From contig NC_091478.1 in NCBI RefSeq assembly GCF_036971445.1, positions 88,536,001-88,600,000 of the forward strand: DNA of 64,000 nt, in the 5' to 3' direction. Shown piece by piece: positions 27,603 through 36,700 of the stretch. The position numbers and the translations under genes were made by a program. The notes below the pieces were generated by a model that made no database searches, was not told the DNA's origin, and was given only the letters and a program-made list of their open reading frames with translations. The stretch is from Narcine bancroftii. Its lineage: Eukaryota. Each line of letters opens with the position of its first letter. Within the stretch, counting starts at the first letter, position 1.

Positions 27603-30600
27603 CTTCCTCCCTCTTGTCGCTCACTCTCTCCCACAGTGGTTTGAGGGGAGCACTTTGTTCAGCAAGCAGAGCTCCCTGAACAGATTGAATGAAGCACAGG
27701 GGTAGATGGCAATGAGCAAGCAGCTTGCTCGGGGGTCCCGTTGCTCGCTCCCTCTCTCCCTTGCTATCTCCCACAGTGCTTTGAGGAGAGTGCTGGGCCT
27801 CAATGATTAGGCTCATCAACAAAGCCTGATCATTGAGGTCCAGTGCTCCCCTCAAAGCACTGTAGGAGAGAGCGATTGATGAGAGGGAGGGAGCAAGCGA
27901 TGGAACCACTGAGCAAATTGAATGAGGTAAATACACTATGTGACAGATTATGTTGTGTTTGTATTGTATATAGATATTTTTTTGGAGATAAATTGGGGCA
28001 GGTTTCTTAGTGTAGGTCACATACAAACACTTCAAAACAGATCTCATTTAAAATACTGGAGTTCCGCTCAAGCCAGATAGGGCGGCTCCTGGGGGCCTTG
28101 CAAAAACTTTGGGGAGTGCCCAAGAGACTTCACTAATGAATTATTGTTTTGAAAAGCAACGGATGAAAGAGATGAGAGGAGTAGTTCAGAGCAGCAGTCT
28201 GCTTGGGAGTGCAGCTTGCTGTTCTAAGAGGCCATATGGTTTTGCAAGTAGAGTGAGAGAGAGAGATCGATCAGTTCTGCAGTTATTACAGTCAGCAGCA
28301 ACAGCTGGGACTGGAACAGGACAAGCTGGAAGGCTTGAGGAAAAACCCCATTTGGAAGACGGGTTGAGAATGTTTAGTTCAGCCTGGTCAAAGCCCTTGT
28401 GGTCCTTACAAGTGGAGAGGACTGGCTGCCTAATGTTTCACTTGAAATAAGGGAAACAAAAAGGAACTCTGTGGTGACCTGAAAGAAAGAGGTTATCATC
28501 TGGAAAACTCTGATGGAACAAGTTTCTTCGGCAAGACACTGATGTGGCTGATTAAAAGGGATCAGTTTGTGTCTAGGAACAACAAATCTCTCTCTGAAAA
28601 CCAACAAGAACCTTCCTGAGCGGTAACCATTTACCTTTCAAGCACCAAAGCCTGGTGAACTTTATAAATGTTAAATCCTGTGCACAGTATAAGAATTGCC
28701 TGCAACAAGTAAACTTGCAAGAATGAGAAGTGAGATTGGACTGTGAATCAATTAACTTCTCTAAACTTACACACACATTACATACATGTGCGCTTAAGGG
28801 GGTTAGTTAAGTTAATAGTGATAAGTTAAAGTGTGATTCTGTTTTCATGTTTAAAGATAATTAAAAGCAACTTTTGTTTAAGTATCCATTTGTCTTGGTG
28901 AATATCTATTGCTGCTGGGTTTTGGGTCCTGTGGGCTCATAACAACTAAAACAATTTTTTACTGAAATCTCACACTAAAAATGGGGGGTGAGGGCCGGCA
29001 GTGGGGTTCTTGTATGCTGTCAAATACAGTTGTGCCTTAGATTTGCTGAAATATATTATCTAAAAGTCCATAAATTGTGCAAGATCTCCATCATGTGCTC
29101 ATATCTTTGTATGGGACAGACCACCTGGCTGAGCATATTACTCTCATGGACTCTCCCTGCTAGGAGTTCCCTCTGGAAAATTCCAGAATATACAGCATTT
29201 TGATGGAAGTTGCTGAGCGGAACAGAGGCATACTAATCTTCATGAAGAGGAGAGTGGGTCAAATTGGTATCCTCATGGAAAACCATTTGACAAAAATTGA
29301 GGATGGTGTTTTCCAGGGCAAACCTTTGCCACGGGGAAACAGGCATAGGTACACCTAAGATCCATTGTTGCATGAATCATGATTGATGTCATTCTATTCA
29401 CAAGGCCCATGCAACAAGTTTCAAGGTGCAAATTTTGTCAGGATGAATCTGGAGGGAGTGATCATAGGTGAATGGAAGGAACTCTATGGCCATGAAACCA
29501 TTTCCTGTTGACTGTGCTTTTTAACATGGAAACGCCCAATGAAAGCTCACTGAATGGGTTCAGCTAAGAACACAGATCAATTTTGCTCAACAATTTGATT
29601 CCTCACAACCAATGCCTATACCTGATTCCATATAATTTATTTGACTTCTGAGAAAAACGCAATGATGTTTCTGCCTCTCTTTATCTTGAGCTATCTGGGG
29701 AATTTTTGTTTTAAAATGAACAATAATGTATTTTTATTCCTTTGGACTAACTCAGCCTACAATGTAACAAGATAGGCGACCAAGGCGCAATGTACATGGC
29801 ACAAGCAATTGAAAGAAATCGTAGTTTGGTTGAATTACGGTATGGATTAAATCTGAGATCTCACATTAAAACTTCTCCCAGCTTCCCCCTTGCATGCACA
29901 CTCACCTGCAATAATTTTTAAACTCTTAGTGCATTTTTGTTGATTTTTTTTTCCCTTTAATTAAGGGTTTGTGAGCTGTTCCATGTCTTTTTTATCCACT
30001 CTTCAACTGACAGTTCCCTTCTTTTTCAACAGTTGCTGCATGTCATGTATCCTCAGTAATAAACTCCCTGGAGTTTGCTTTCCATTTTCATGTTAAGTGC
30101 CATGTTTAATTCTCTTCCCATCTGATGGATGATCTTGTCTAATCTCTAATCCTCTTTGTTTTAGTTTAATTTATCTCTCTGCAATTTATTTGTGCTAATG
30201 TGGTAATGGCTTCTTTATACCTTTATTTTTCTTCTTGAGAGTACTCTTCCCCTTTCTCTAATCTCATTACATTATGATCAGAACTGATATCTGTCTGCTC
30301 TTTACCCTCTCCCTTTGTAACCTATCATTTTATTTCTCACTCCTTCTGTCTCCTTTCTCTTGACAGCCACAGCCTTTTAAAATTAGACATCAGTTTATCA
30401 TTGGTTTGGATCTTCTGTTGATAAGAGAACAGCCCATCTCAGCATGACCATTCTTCCAGCATATAGCCAGGAAGAATGTTACACTAGGAGGCTGGCTTCC
30501 TCACAGTGCACTTAGGGCCTCTCTGCTCATAAGTGGCCAAATCACTGTGAGGCTTGACCCTTTGCTCACTGGCAGTACAAGCTCTCATTGAAACTGGTTA

Positions 30601-33420
30601 TAATTTATCCAAAACACCTAAAAACTAAATAATAAAGATTATTATAAAACATTAAGATAGTTAAAAACATCACTCACACTTAAAAACAATTGAATATATT
30701 GAAATAAACTGAATTATATCAAATAATAATGTCAGCTTACCCAGTCATCTTTGCATGCTATGCATGCACCAGTTTAACTTGATGTGGGCTTAGTGATCAA
30801 TTTTCCCAATCCAAGGACTGGGAAACCTGAGGAAGCTCTCATTTCCTGATGGCTCCATGAGAACATGGCACTTGCTATAAGTTTCTATAAAGGCCTGCTT
30901 GCTCTTCCATGTTCCGCACCTTTGCCAGTTGAGAGCTTGAAAGTCAACAAGTCAAAAGCTCAAGCCATCTTTTAAGTGGAAGGTCTCCCCAGCCAAGTCA
31001 TGATTTAATTCACCACCTTTTTTTTTTAACCTGTTTCCATGTGGAAATGTCTTGTACAGTAGATTCACCTTTTCAAACTCGTTTCAGTTGTTCTTTTCCA
31101 TTGCTTTATTTTTAATTGAGTCAGTTGCAATTATAGGATCAATCCCACAACAGACTCAATTACGAAATCATTGCCTTGACCAACAAATCATAAAGGTATG
31201 ATTAATATTCCTGTGATTAAATAGTGGGGAGGAGGGCAGGTGAGATCTGGTCCTGATGTCCCACTCACCCAGAAAAAGTGTACATGTAATACATCACCTC
31301 TCCTTTCTCGGGGTCATGATCACTGTCTGGCTTGCCAGGCAGGTGGTCACTGCAAATGGCCTCTCCTACATTACGGCATCCGAGGCAATACCTTCTCATC
31401 GGTGTCCCCTGTTTTCACTGAGTTGCTGCTCCATGACACAATCGAATGTTCAGCAGTATAACTGGATGGGTCAGCTGGGCTCAGCCTTCATCAGCCAGCT
31501 TAAGAGAAGGAAAACTGATTTCAAACCCAGGCAGATGGGCCTCATTAGCCTCGTAGGCCATCCATCCAGGAGAAGGACACTCCAACGTAACACCTAAAAC
31601 CCGGGGACCTGCTGTTACTGTCCCAGCTTGCTAGGCCATGGCAGATAAATGCCAGGTGTTAAGAGTTGGGCCAGCACTGCACTCCACCTAAAAGATCCAT
31701 TGTGCAGGCTCAAAGGACATTTCCTAAATTTTCATTCACAAAGCCAAGCCATGAATTAAAATGTATCATAACAAAAACAAAGTGATGAACTATTCAGCAG
31801 GTCAGGGTACATCTTTGGAAGAGAAAGCGAGCTAAAGTTTCAGGTCGAACACCATTTCAGAACTCTTGGTTCTAACCAAGCATCTTTGTCCTGGAATATT
31901 GACCCACTTCTCTGCCCACAGATGAGTCCATCCTTATGAGTAGCTCTAGCATTTTCTGTTTTTTTTTTAAAAGATTTCCAACATCTGCAGTTGTTTCTTG
32001 ATTGTCAGTTAAACAGTTCAACTTTTTCAGTCAAGCACTGTTCTTTACATAGTCGCTCTTCCAGCAAGGTCCACATCCTAAAAAAATGAATAAATAAATA
32101 GTATAGTGTGCAGAAATATTTTATTTAATTTTTGCAATTCACATTTAACCTGTTATTTTATGGTACAAATAAACTGGATGTGTGCAGACTTGGAGGTAAT
32201 GAAATCACTGACAAGGGGAGTGATTACTTCAGAAGAGCTTTAGAAGTGAATAGTACGCTTGAAGAATTATGGTAAGAATTTTGTTTTAATCGTTCATATG
32301 TTTAAAGGGTTATTTTGGGGGGTTGAGGACTGTACACAGAGGGCTGCTATTTTATTGAACAAAGCAATCCATTAAGTAGCAGATTATATTATTAGGACAT
32401 CTGTTTGTTGTAATTGTGATCAAATAACTGAAAAAATTTCATTTCTGTTAATAATGAAATGTTCTGCAGTGTGTAGAGCAATATAAGTTGCTTCTTTAAA
32501 ATGCAATTGAATTGAAAAAGAAAATACTAAAACTATGGATGCTTTAATGTTTCTATATTTAAATTTTTTTTATTCATCAATATTTAAAGTTAAATTTAAG
32601 TTCAGCCACCAAAGGTATGCAATAGCACAGCCTGTATTTGAAAACATAACATGAGATATTAATCAAGAAGATGGACTCGGTTTATATATTTAAAAATCAT
32701 ATTTTAAATATCTGAAAAATAGATCAGTATTACAAAGAAAATATTTTTAGAGTCTACCACAATCTTTTTCACAATGAATTAAAGGAAATGTCACATTGTT
32801 TATGTGTGCTTGTTACATGCTGGCAGAAATTACTGTGAAGGCCTCCAAAGGAAACAAATAACATATGCTCATGGGAAGCAGAGGAACTGAAGCTGCTAAG
32901 ATCTCGAGCAGGCAATTAGAAGCTGAAAAACTCAGCGAGTCAGGGCAGCATCCACGGAGAGAAATTATCAATTAATTTTTTCGAATCAGATCCCTTTCTG
33001 GAGAGTCGCAAAAGAGGTCTTGAGAAAGGCTCCTTACCTAAGTGTTGACTGCTGGTTTCTCTCCAGGGATGCTGGCTGATCTGAGTCTCTCCAGCTTCTC
33101 ATTGTTTAGGCAACACGTGCTCAATTAAAGGAAGTTGGAGAAAAAGTTGGCTGCAATACATGGAGCCAACCTTTTCTGTTACTTTAGTTGATGAAAAATT
33201 GAACCGATTCCATTGTACATGAAAACTTCAGACATTTTTATTAGAAAATTACCCTTAAATGTACTGTTTGGGGATTTGCCACATCTAATATTGAATATAA
33301 ATTTTGTGTTCTTCTGATTTTTTTTAATATTTTAGGATTCTGGTAAATAACATTTCAAGTGGTGAAAAGAAAAGATTGACAAACGCCAGATATAAGAACC
33401 CAAATCTTCGATTGAATTAA
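1327..33420 (+). CDS. Spliced gene model (5'-partial, 12 exons): IgV-IgC1-TM-IgC1-like-CARD-NACHT-LRR, predicted membrane-anchored NOD-like receptor
   Basis: Exons 1327-1668, 7602-7931, 9792-9899, 10599-11027, 12756-13190, 17860-19585, 22029-22115, 25899-25982, 26992-27075, 29756-29839, 32188-32271 and 33336-33420 total 3878 nt. Adding 1 nt from an upstream phase-1 exon gives 1293 codons including the stop. All junctions are AG/GT, in frame and free of internal stops. Joining into one transcript is inferred. Confidence 0.75.
2880..3790 (+). mobile_element. Penelope-like element remnant (GIY-YIG region) with CT-rich tail
   Basis: Degenerate RVPL..SLRIQHI..LQCDPTTRHIFPS, then CYIC, and KQSFQVMQCFTCESA, matching the Penelope linker and endonuclease pattern. 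Boundaries are approximate. Confidence 0.65.
3800..7290 (+). mobile_element. CR1-clade LINE 5' part (ORF1 zinc finger and SGNH esterase, ORF2 AP endonuclease), interrupted by another CR1
   Basis: AVVIGDSIVR, DGLHLN, IGITET, YRRDR and VMGDFN motifs with frameshifts. The sequence stops at about 5845 and resumes at about 6870 (ADLIRDLEVGEP..NDHNMV). Confidence 0.88.
5843..6868 (-). mobile_element. CR1 LINE 3' fragment (RT C-terminus and 3' UTR) nested in the opposite orientation
   Basis: GVPQGSVLGPQLF, RPDLEYCVQFWSP, and the acatagaaacatagaa tail repeat. Confidence 0.92.
7602..7931 (+). CDS. Exon: Ig C1-set domain (extracellular)
   Basis: Acceptor ttgtag| and donor G|gtgagt, phase 1-1. Motifs APP, NFYPEKLSVSW, NQDGTFNLISFL and YICRVTHEAL. 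Three sequons. The B-strand Cys is replaced by Ser. Confidence 0.9.
9792..9899 (+). CDS. Exon: single transmembrane helix
   Basis: Not in the ORF track. Acceptor tttctag| and donor G|gtaaat, phase 1-1, 108 nt. Translates GSTLTSRSR-ILFAAVVTFLLTAVICYGTCVFY-NQRT, a 23-residue uncharged hydrophobic stretch. Confidence 0.85.
10599..11027 (+). CDS. Exon: atypical Ig C1-like domain, predicted cytoplasmic
   Basis: Acceptor ttttacag| and donor G|gtaagt, phase 1-1. Motifs PRVSNI, LSLTCAVFWFRPKSIVISW, GMHSLISQLTF and YYFEVLHYAF (F-strand Cys replaced by Phe). Confidence 0.85.
11964..12073 (+). repeat. 110-bp direct repeat, copy A (upstream of the CARD exon)
   Basis: ttggattggattaaatg...gagaaagaatctctaaaac; about 7 mismatches to 14076-14185 by eye. 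Confidence 0.9.
12756..13190 (+). CDS. Exon: CARD (death-fold) domain plus linker
   Basis: Acceptor ctaacag| and donor G|gtaagt, phase 1-1. CARD pattern in AIEEGRRTVVNYI..PLLNLLMEQRIISEDD..KGRTLLDMMSHKGEQASAQFFNVL. Confidence 0.88.
14076..14185 (+). repeat. 110-bp direct repeat, copy B (downstream of the CARD exon)
   Basis: Ungapped match to 11964-12073. Confidence 0.9.
14780..17650 (-). mobile_element. Decayed CR1 LINE ORF2 fragment, interrupted by an RTE
   Basis: Minus-strand remnants GLPQGSLLRPLLFTLYINDM, KAPHTRLLHKMRAYGI and EMAEEVNEYF. Boundaries are approximate. Confidence 0.75.
16454..17429 (+). mobile_element. RTE-clade (BovB-like) LINE, 5'-truncated, ORF end intact
   Basis: Open frame AHSEPALQ..FTYLGCTIS..QLRWMGHVSRM..CNRCNRVCLSRIGLVSHKRAC (terminal C2H2-like motif), stop at 17368, short 3' UTR and A-rich tail. 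Confidence 0.93.
17860..19585 (+). CDS. Exon: FISNA-like segment, NACHT NTPase, HD1, winged helix, HD2 and first LRRs
   Basis: Acceptor ttacag| and donor AG|gtattg, phase 1-2. Walker A GVAGIGKS (18126-18149), Walker B ILFLLDGLDEF (18339-18371), sensor-1 VLVTSRP, VEILGFS, LCYVPAFC and FFHLTHQEFFAALY. One large exon, as is typical of vertebrate NLRs. Confidence 0.97.
19635..19825. mobile_element. Tc1/pogo(Tigger)-like MITE
   Basis: Imperfect terminal inverted repeats tatagtaaaacccctgttat and atactagggattgtactgta, with TA ends. Confidence 0.55.
20345..20640 (+). repeat. Degenerate C-rich minisatellite (unit about 55 bp)
   Basis: Recurring ctcacctaggccctggctgc..cccatccaagctcc units. Confidence 0.6.
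22029..22115 (+). CDS. LRR exon 1 (RI-like, 87 nt)
   Basis: gacag| ... AG|gtaaaa, phase 2-2; SLEGNMLKDEGAELIANALKIETCKIETLR. Confidence 0.9.
23000..24960 (-). mobile_element. Internally deleted L1-clade LINE (ORF1 joined to the ORF2 C-terminus and 3' UTR)
   Basis: ORF1 motif LENQSRRNNVKIGDLPE (ORF 23918-24496). ORF2 end motifs HYNFLHQLYLTPEKL and KCLATTWK follow immediately, with the junction near 23790. Confidence 0.85.
24961..25700 (-). mobile_element. CR1 LINE 3' fragment
   Basis: QRDLG..LYRALLRPHLEYCMQFWS and the agaaacatagaa tail. Confidence 0.9.
25899..25982 (+). CDS. LRR exon 2 (84 nt)
   Basis: ttgcag| ... GG|gtatgt, phase 2-2; LKHNSIGEKGAAQIAEALKTNSRLEVLG. Confidence 0.92.
26992..27075 (+). 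CDS. LRR exon 3 (84 nt)
   Basis: cattag| ... GG|gtatgt, phase 2-2; LRANVVEAKGAKLLAEALEINSTLRVLG. Confidence 0.92.
27353..29030. mobile_element. Non-autonomous TIR DNA transposon (Tc1/pogo-like) carrying a solo LTR
   Basis: Terminal inverted repeats catatttgacagcatacaggacccc (about 27356-27380) and ggggttcttgtatgctgtcaaatacag (29003-29029). Confidence 0.7.
27951..28944 (+). mobile_element. Solo LTR related to the LTR of the Gmr1-like element at 33.7 kb
   Basis: TGTTGTG...CATAACA ends and near-TSD atta/acta. Shares agtgtaggtcac..acagatctcatttaaaat..gctcaagccaga with 33748-33823. Confidence 0.75.
29756..29839 (+). CDS. LRR exon 4 (84 nt)
   Basis: actcag| ... CG|gtatgg, phase 2-2; LQCNKIGDQGAMYMAQAIERNRSLVELR. 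Confidence 0.9.
32188..32271 (+). CDS. LRR exon 5 (84 nt)
   Basis: gtgcag| ... TG|gtaaga, phase 2-2; LGGNEITDKGSDYFRRALEVNSTLEELW. Confidence 0.9.
33336..33420 (+). CDS. Terminal coding exon (LRR cap)
   Basis: Polypyrimidine tract then ttttag|, phase 2. Reads WILVNNISSGEKKRLTNARYKNPNLRLN*, with TAA at 33418-33420. Resembles the short final exon of NOD1/NOD2/NLRC3-type genes. Confidence 0.82.
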
Positions 33421-33731
33421 TTTTATAAAATAACATGTATAGTTTGCACTTAAAGGTTTTTAGAGCCTATAAATTTCCAGAAGCACACTTTTCTGTTCAA
33501 ATATGTGCTCTGACTTACCTGTCTTCCTTGGCAAATTGTTCTAAAATGAAGCCTCTTAAAATGTTAAGTGCAACGAAAGAACTATATATTTGCTGTTTAA
33601 AAATAGTTATCACAACTTTTATATTTGAATGACAATGCACAACAAAGTTCAAATTTCAGGAAGCTTTCATCAATTTACAAGTGTAATGGATTATTTTCTA
33701 TTGCATTTAAATATCTTTTAAAGGAGATAAA

Positions 33732-36700
33732 TTGTGAGGGTTTTTATAGTGTAGGTCACAAACAAACGCAAGCACTTCACAATACAGATCTCATTTAAAA
33801 TGCCAGAGGTCTGCTCAAGCCAGACAGTCTAGGCTCCTACTGCCTTTGGAAAGACAATGGAAACTGCTTTGCTGAAGGACTTCACAAGTAGGTGTTAATT
33901 GGACATGCTGTGGAGTAATGGATTATTGTTTTGGAAAGCAACAGATGAAAGGACTCAGAAAATTGGGTCCAGTTCCGCAATCTGTCTGAATGCAGTTTGC
34001 TGTTCGAAGGTCATATGATTTGGCAAGCAGAGAGGAGACCAAACAGGCTTTCTCTAAGAGAGAAAGAAAGAGACTGAGAGACTGCTGTTTTCTGCAGTGG
34101 CCGTCGGAAGCTTGTTTGAAACCCCATTTGGAAGTCAGTGTAGGTAGCTGCCTGCAGACCGCCTCACACTTCGTGCACAGCGTTGCAGCTGGTTTTTGGG
34201 GTCCTCTGAACGCCATAACATTTTATGGGGGCTCATCGTTTAGGATTTGAACATTGCAATTTGATGATTTATTAGTTGATTGGGTTTTTTTTTGCAAGCT
34301 ATTTTGTCTGGAATTTGAACTTAAAGCTGGTACCTGGAAAAATGGCAGCAATGGATGTAGATACATTTTTGTTACAACCATCACCTGTAGAGCTGCGGAG
34401 CAAGAGAAAAGAGGAACTGATAGCTGTTTCTAAGGCATTGAATATTGCTGAAGTTAAATATTGGATGAGAAAAGTACAGATACAGAGAATTATAGTGAAA
34501 TATTATATGTGAAGGAAAATTTGTTGAAGAAGACAGAAAATTTTCCAGAGAATAGATCTTTTGAATTTCAATTGGAATTGGAGAAATTGAGGGTGCAAGA
34601 AGAAAGAGAGAAACATAATTTTGAGTTGCATAGACAACAATATGAAGCTGAAAAGCAAAGAACAGAGGCTGAGAGAAAAAGGGTATATAAGTTAGAGGAA
34701 GGTGAAAGACAACGAGGAAATTGAAAGGGACAGACAGTTTCAATTAGAGAAGTTAAGAATGGAGATAGAGAAAGGTAAGAGAGCTGAGGCTATAACTCCT
34801 GGGGAGAGGTGAATCTAGTGCCTCCTTTTGATGGGGGAAATATAGATACATATTTTCAGCTTTTTGAAAAGGTTGCTGAGAGCTCGAGATGGCCAAAAGA
34901 AAAATGGCCTCTTATGCTTCAAAGAGTATTGAAAGGAAAAGTACAAGTTGCATACTCTAGCATGACTGCAGAGCAAGTGACAAATTATGAAACTGTTAAG
35001 CAAACAGTACTGAAAGCTTATGAGTTGGGTCCAGAAGCATATAGGCAAAAATTTAGGAGTTTGGTGAAAACATGGAATCAATCTTGTATGGATTTTGGTC
35101 TGAAGAAATCTGTGTGTTTTGACCGGTGGTGCACCTCAAAAGGAATAAACAATGATTTTGACAGATTGAAAGAATTAATATTAATAGAGGAAATTAAAAG
35201 GTGTGTCCCAGAGGAGATTAAATTATACCTTTATGAGAGAGATGTGGGGATGTGGCAGCAGGCAGCTAGATTAGCAGATGAATTTGCTCTGATACACAAA
35301 AGTACATTCCAAAATAAATGACATTTTCAGAGAGCTAATGTGGAACAGATTAATAAACCTGTTCATAAGGTTTAGTATGGAGCTGGATAGTAGGCCTGAA
35401 ATAAAGTCTGGAGAAAATGTTAAAAGAAAAGATGAAGGAAAGATAGGAAAGGTCAGAACTTCTGCATTTGTATGTCATTTTTGTAAGAAACCTGGTCATG
35501 TGATTACAAATTTGTCTAGTCTTGAAAAAGAAAAGAGAAAAACAGGTTTTACCAGAAGCATGTATTCAAACAGTGGAATTTAAGGAGCGCAGACGTGCCA
35601 AACCTGGTAAGGAGGTCATGGATGTTTTCAATCCTTTTGTGTCAGGGGGCTTTGTCTCAATAAAGGAGGAAGAACCACAGGTTCCAGTTAAAATTCTTAG
35701 AGATACTGGGGCTGCTCAGTCATTGTTGTTGGGAAGTGTTTTAACTATGGATCAAAGGGCTGACACAGGAGAGACAACTTTGATTAAAGGTGTTAGAGGT
35801 GAGGTAGAATCAATATCGCTTCACAAGGTTGTGCTGAATTTAGAATTAGTCAAAGGACCTGTTGTAGTAGGAGTAATTCCAAAGTTACCCATGCAGGGTG
35901 TTACAGAGTTCTGTGTTGTGTATTGGCCTATGTGTTGTGTGGTTTTATGTTAAAAAATGACAGTTTGCCTTAGAGAGCCAAGGTGAAGATGGACTGCTGA
36001 GAGAGTGAAAGACAGACTGAGCATGTGCAGAAAATGATCTAAAAATTTCTGGACTTGGATGATAAACCACCACTGGGGGGTGCTGTGGAGTGGAGGAAGG
36101 CCCAGAGCATGAGTCATGGTCTGGAGGACAGTTTAGAATGTTGGGATTTCAAAAAGGGATGAATATTCTGAAGGCAGCCAGAAGGATCCGGGCCAAGCCA
36201 GTGGTTCCTCTCTCTGCAAGCAACACAAGAAGACAACTTCAAATTTTGTGCTCTCACTCTCTCTCAAAGATCTTTTGGCTTCAGTTTACCAAACAAACTG
36301 AATTTTGTTTATGATCTTTGCTTCAGTTGAGATCAAAGTATTGTGAGTCTTGTGTCTAAGTTTTTCTGTGGGCTGGTTAGAAATATAACTTATACTTTAA
36401 TTACATATGTTATATTTAGGCTGGGGAATTTATTAGTTTTACACTGTTATAGAAATTTGCATAGTAACCAGTGGGCATTGTTATAAAAGGGGGGATTTTG
36501 AATTAAAGTTTGATGGTGATTTTTTTTTTGTTAATAAAGTTATTGTTCATCTTTACCCCTGTGTGATATGTCTTCTTTGTGGTTGCTGGTTTGATCTTGT
36601 AACAAGGGTGTTTGTTTTTGTTGGGAAATGATTTGGCAGAGAATAAAGTTGGGTCAGTTTTAAGATTGACAAATCGGCCTAGTAAGGATGAGGTTAGAGA

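Noticed and set aside
1327-33420. Assigning a gene symbol (NOD1, NOD2, NLRC3, NCR3LG1, TAPBP)
   Set aside because: Only family-level motifs are recognisable, and orthology cannot be established without a phylogeny.
34809-35321. Host SCAN-domain zinc-finger gene
   Set aside because: It sits between the LTR/PBS and protease of a Gmr1-like element, and no C2H2 array follows.
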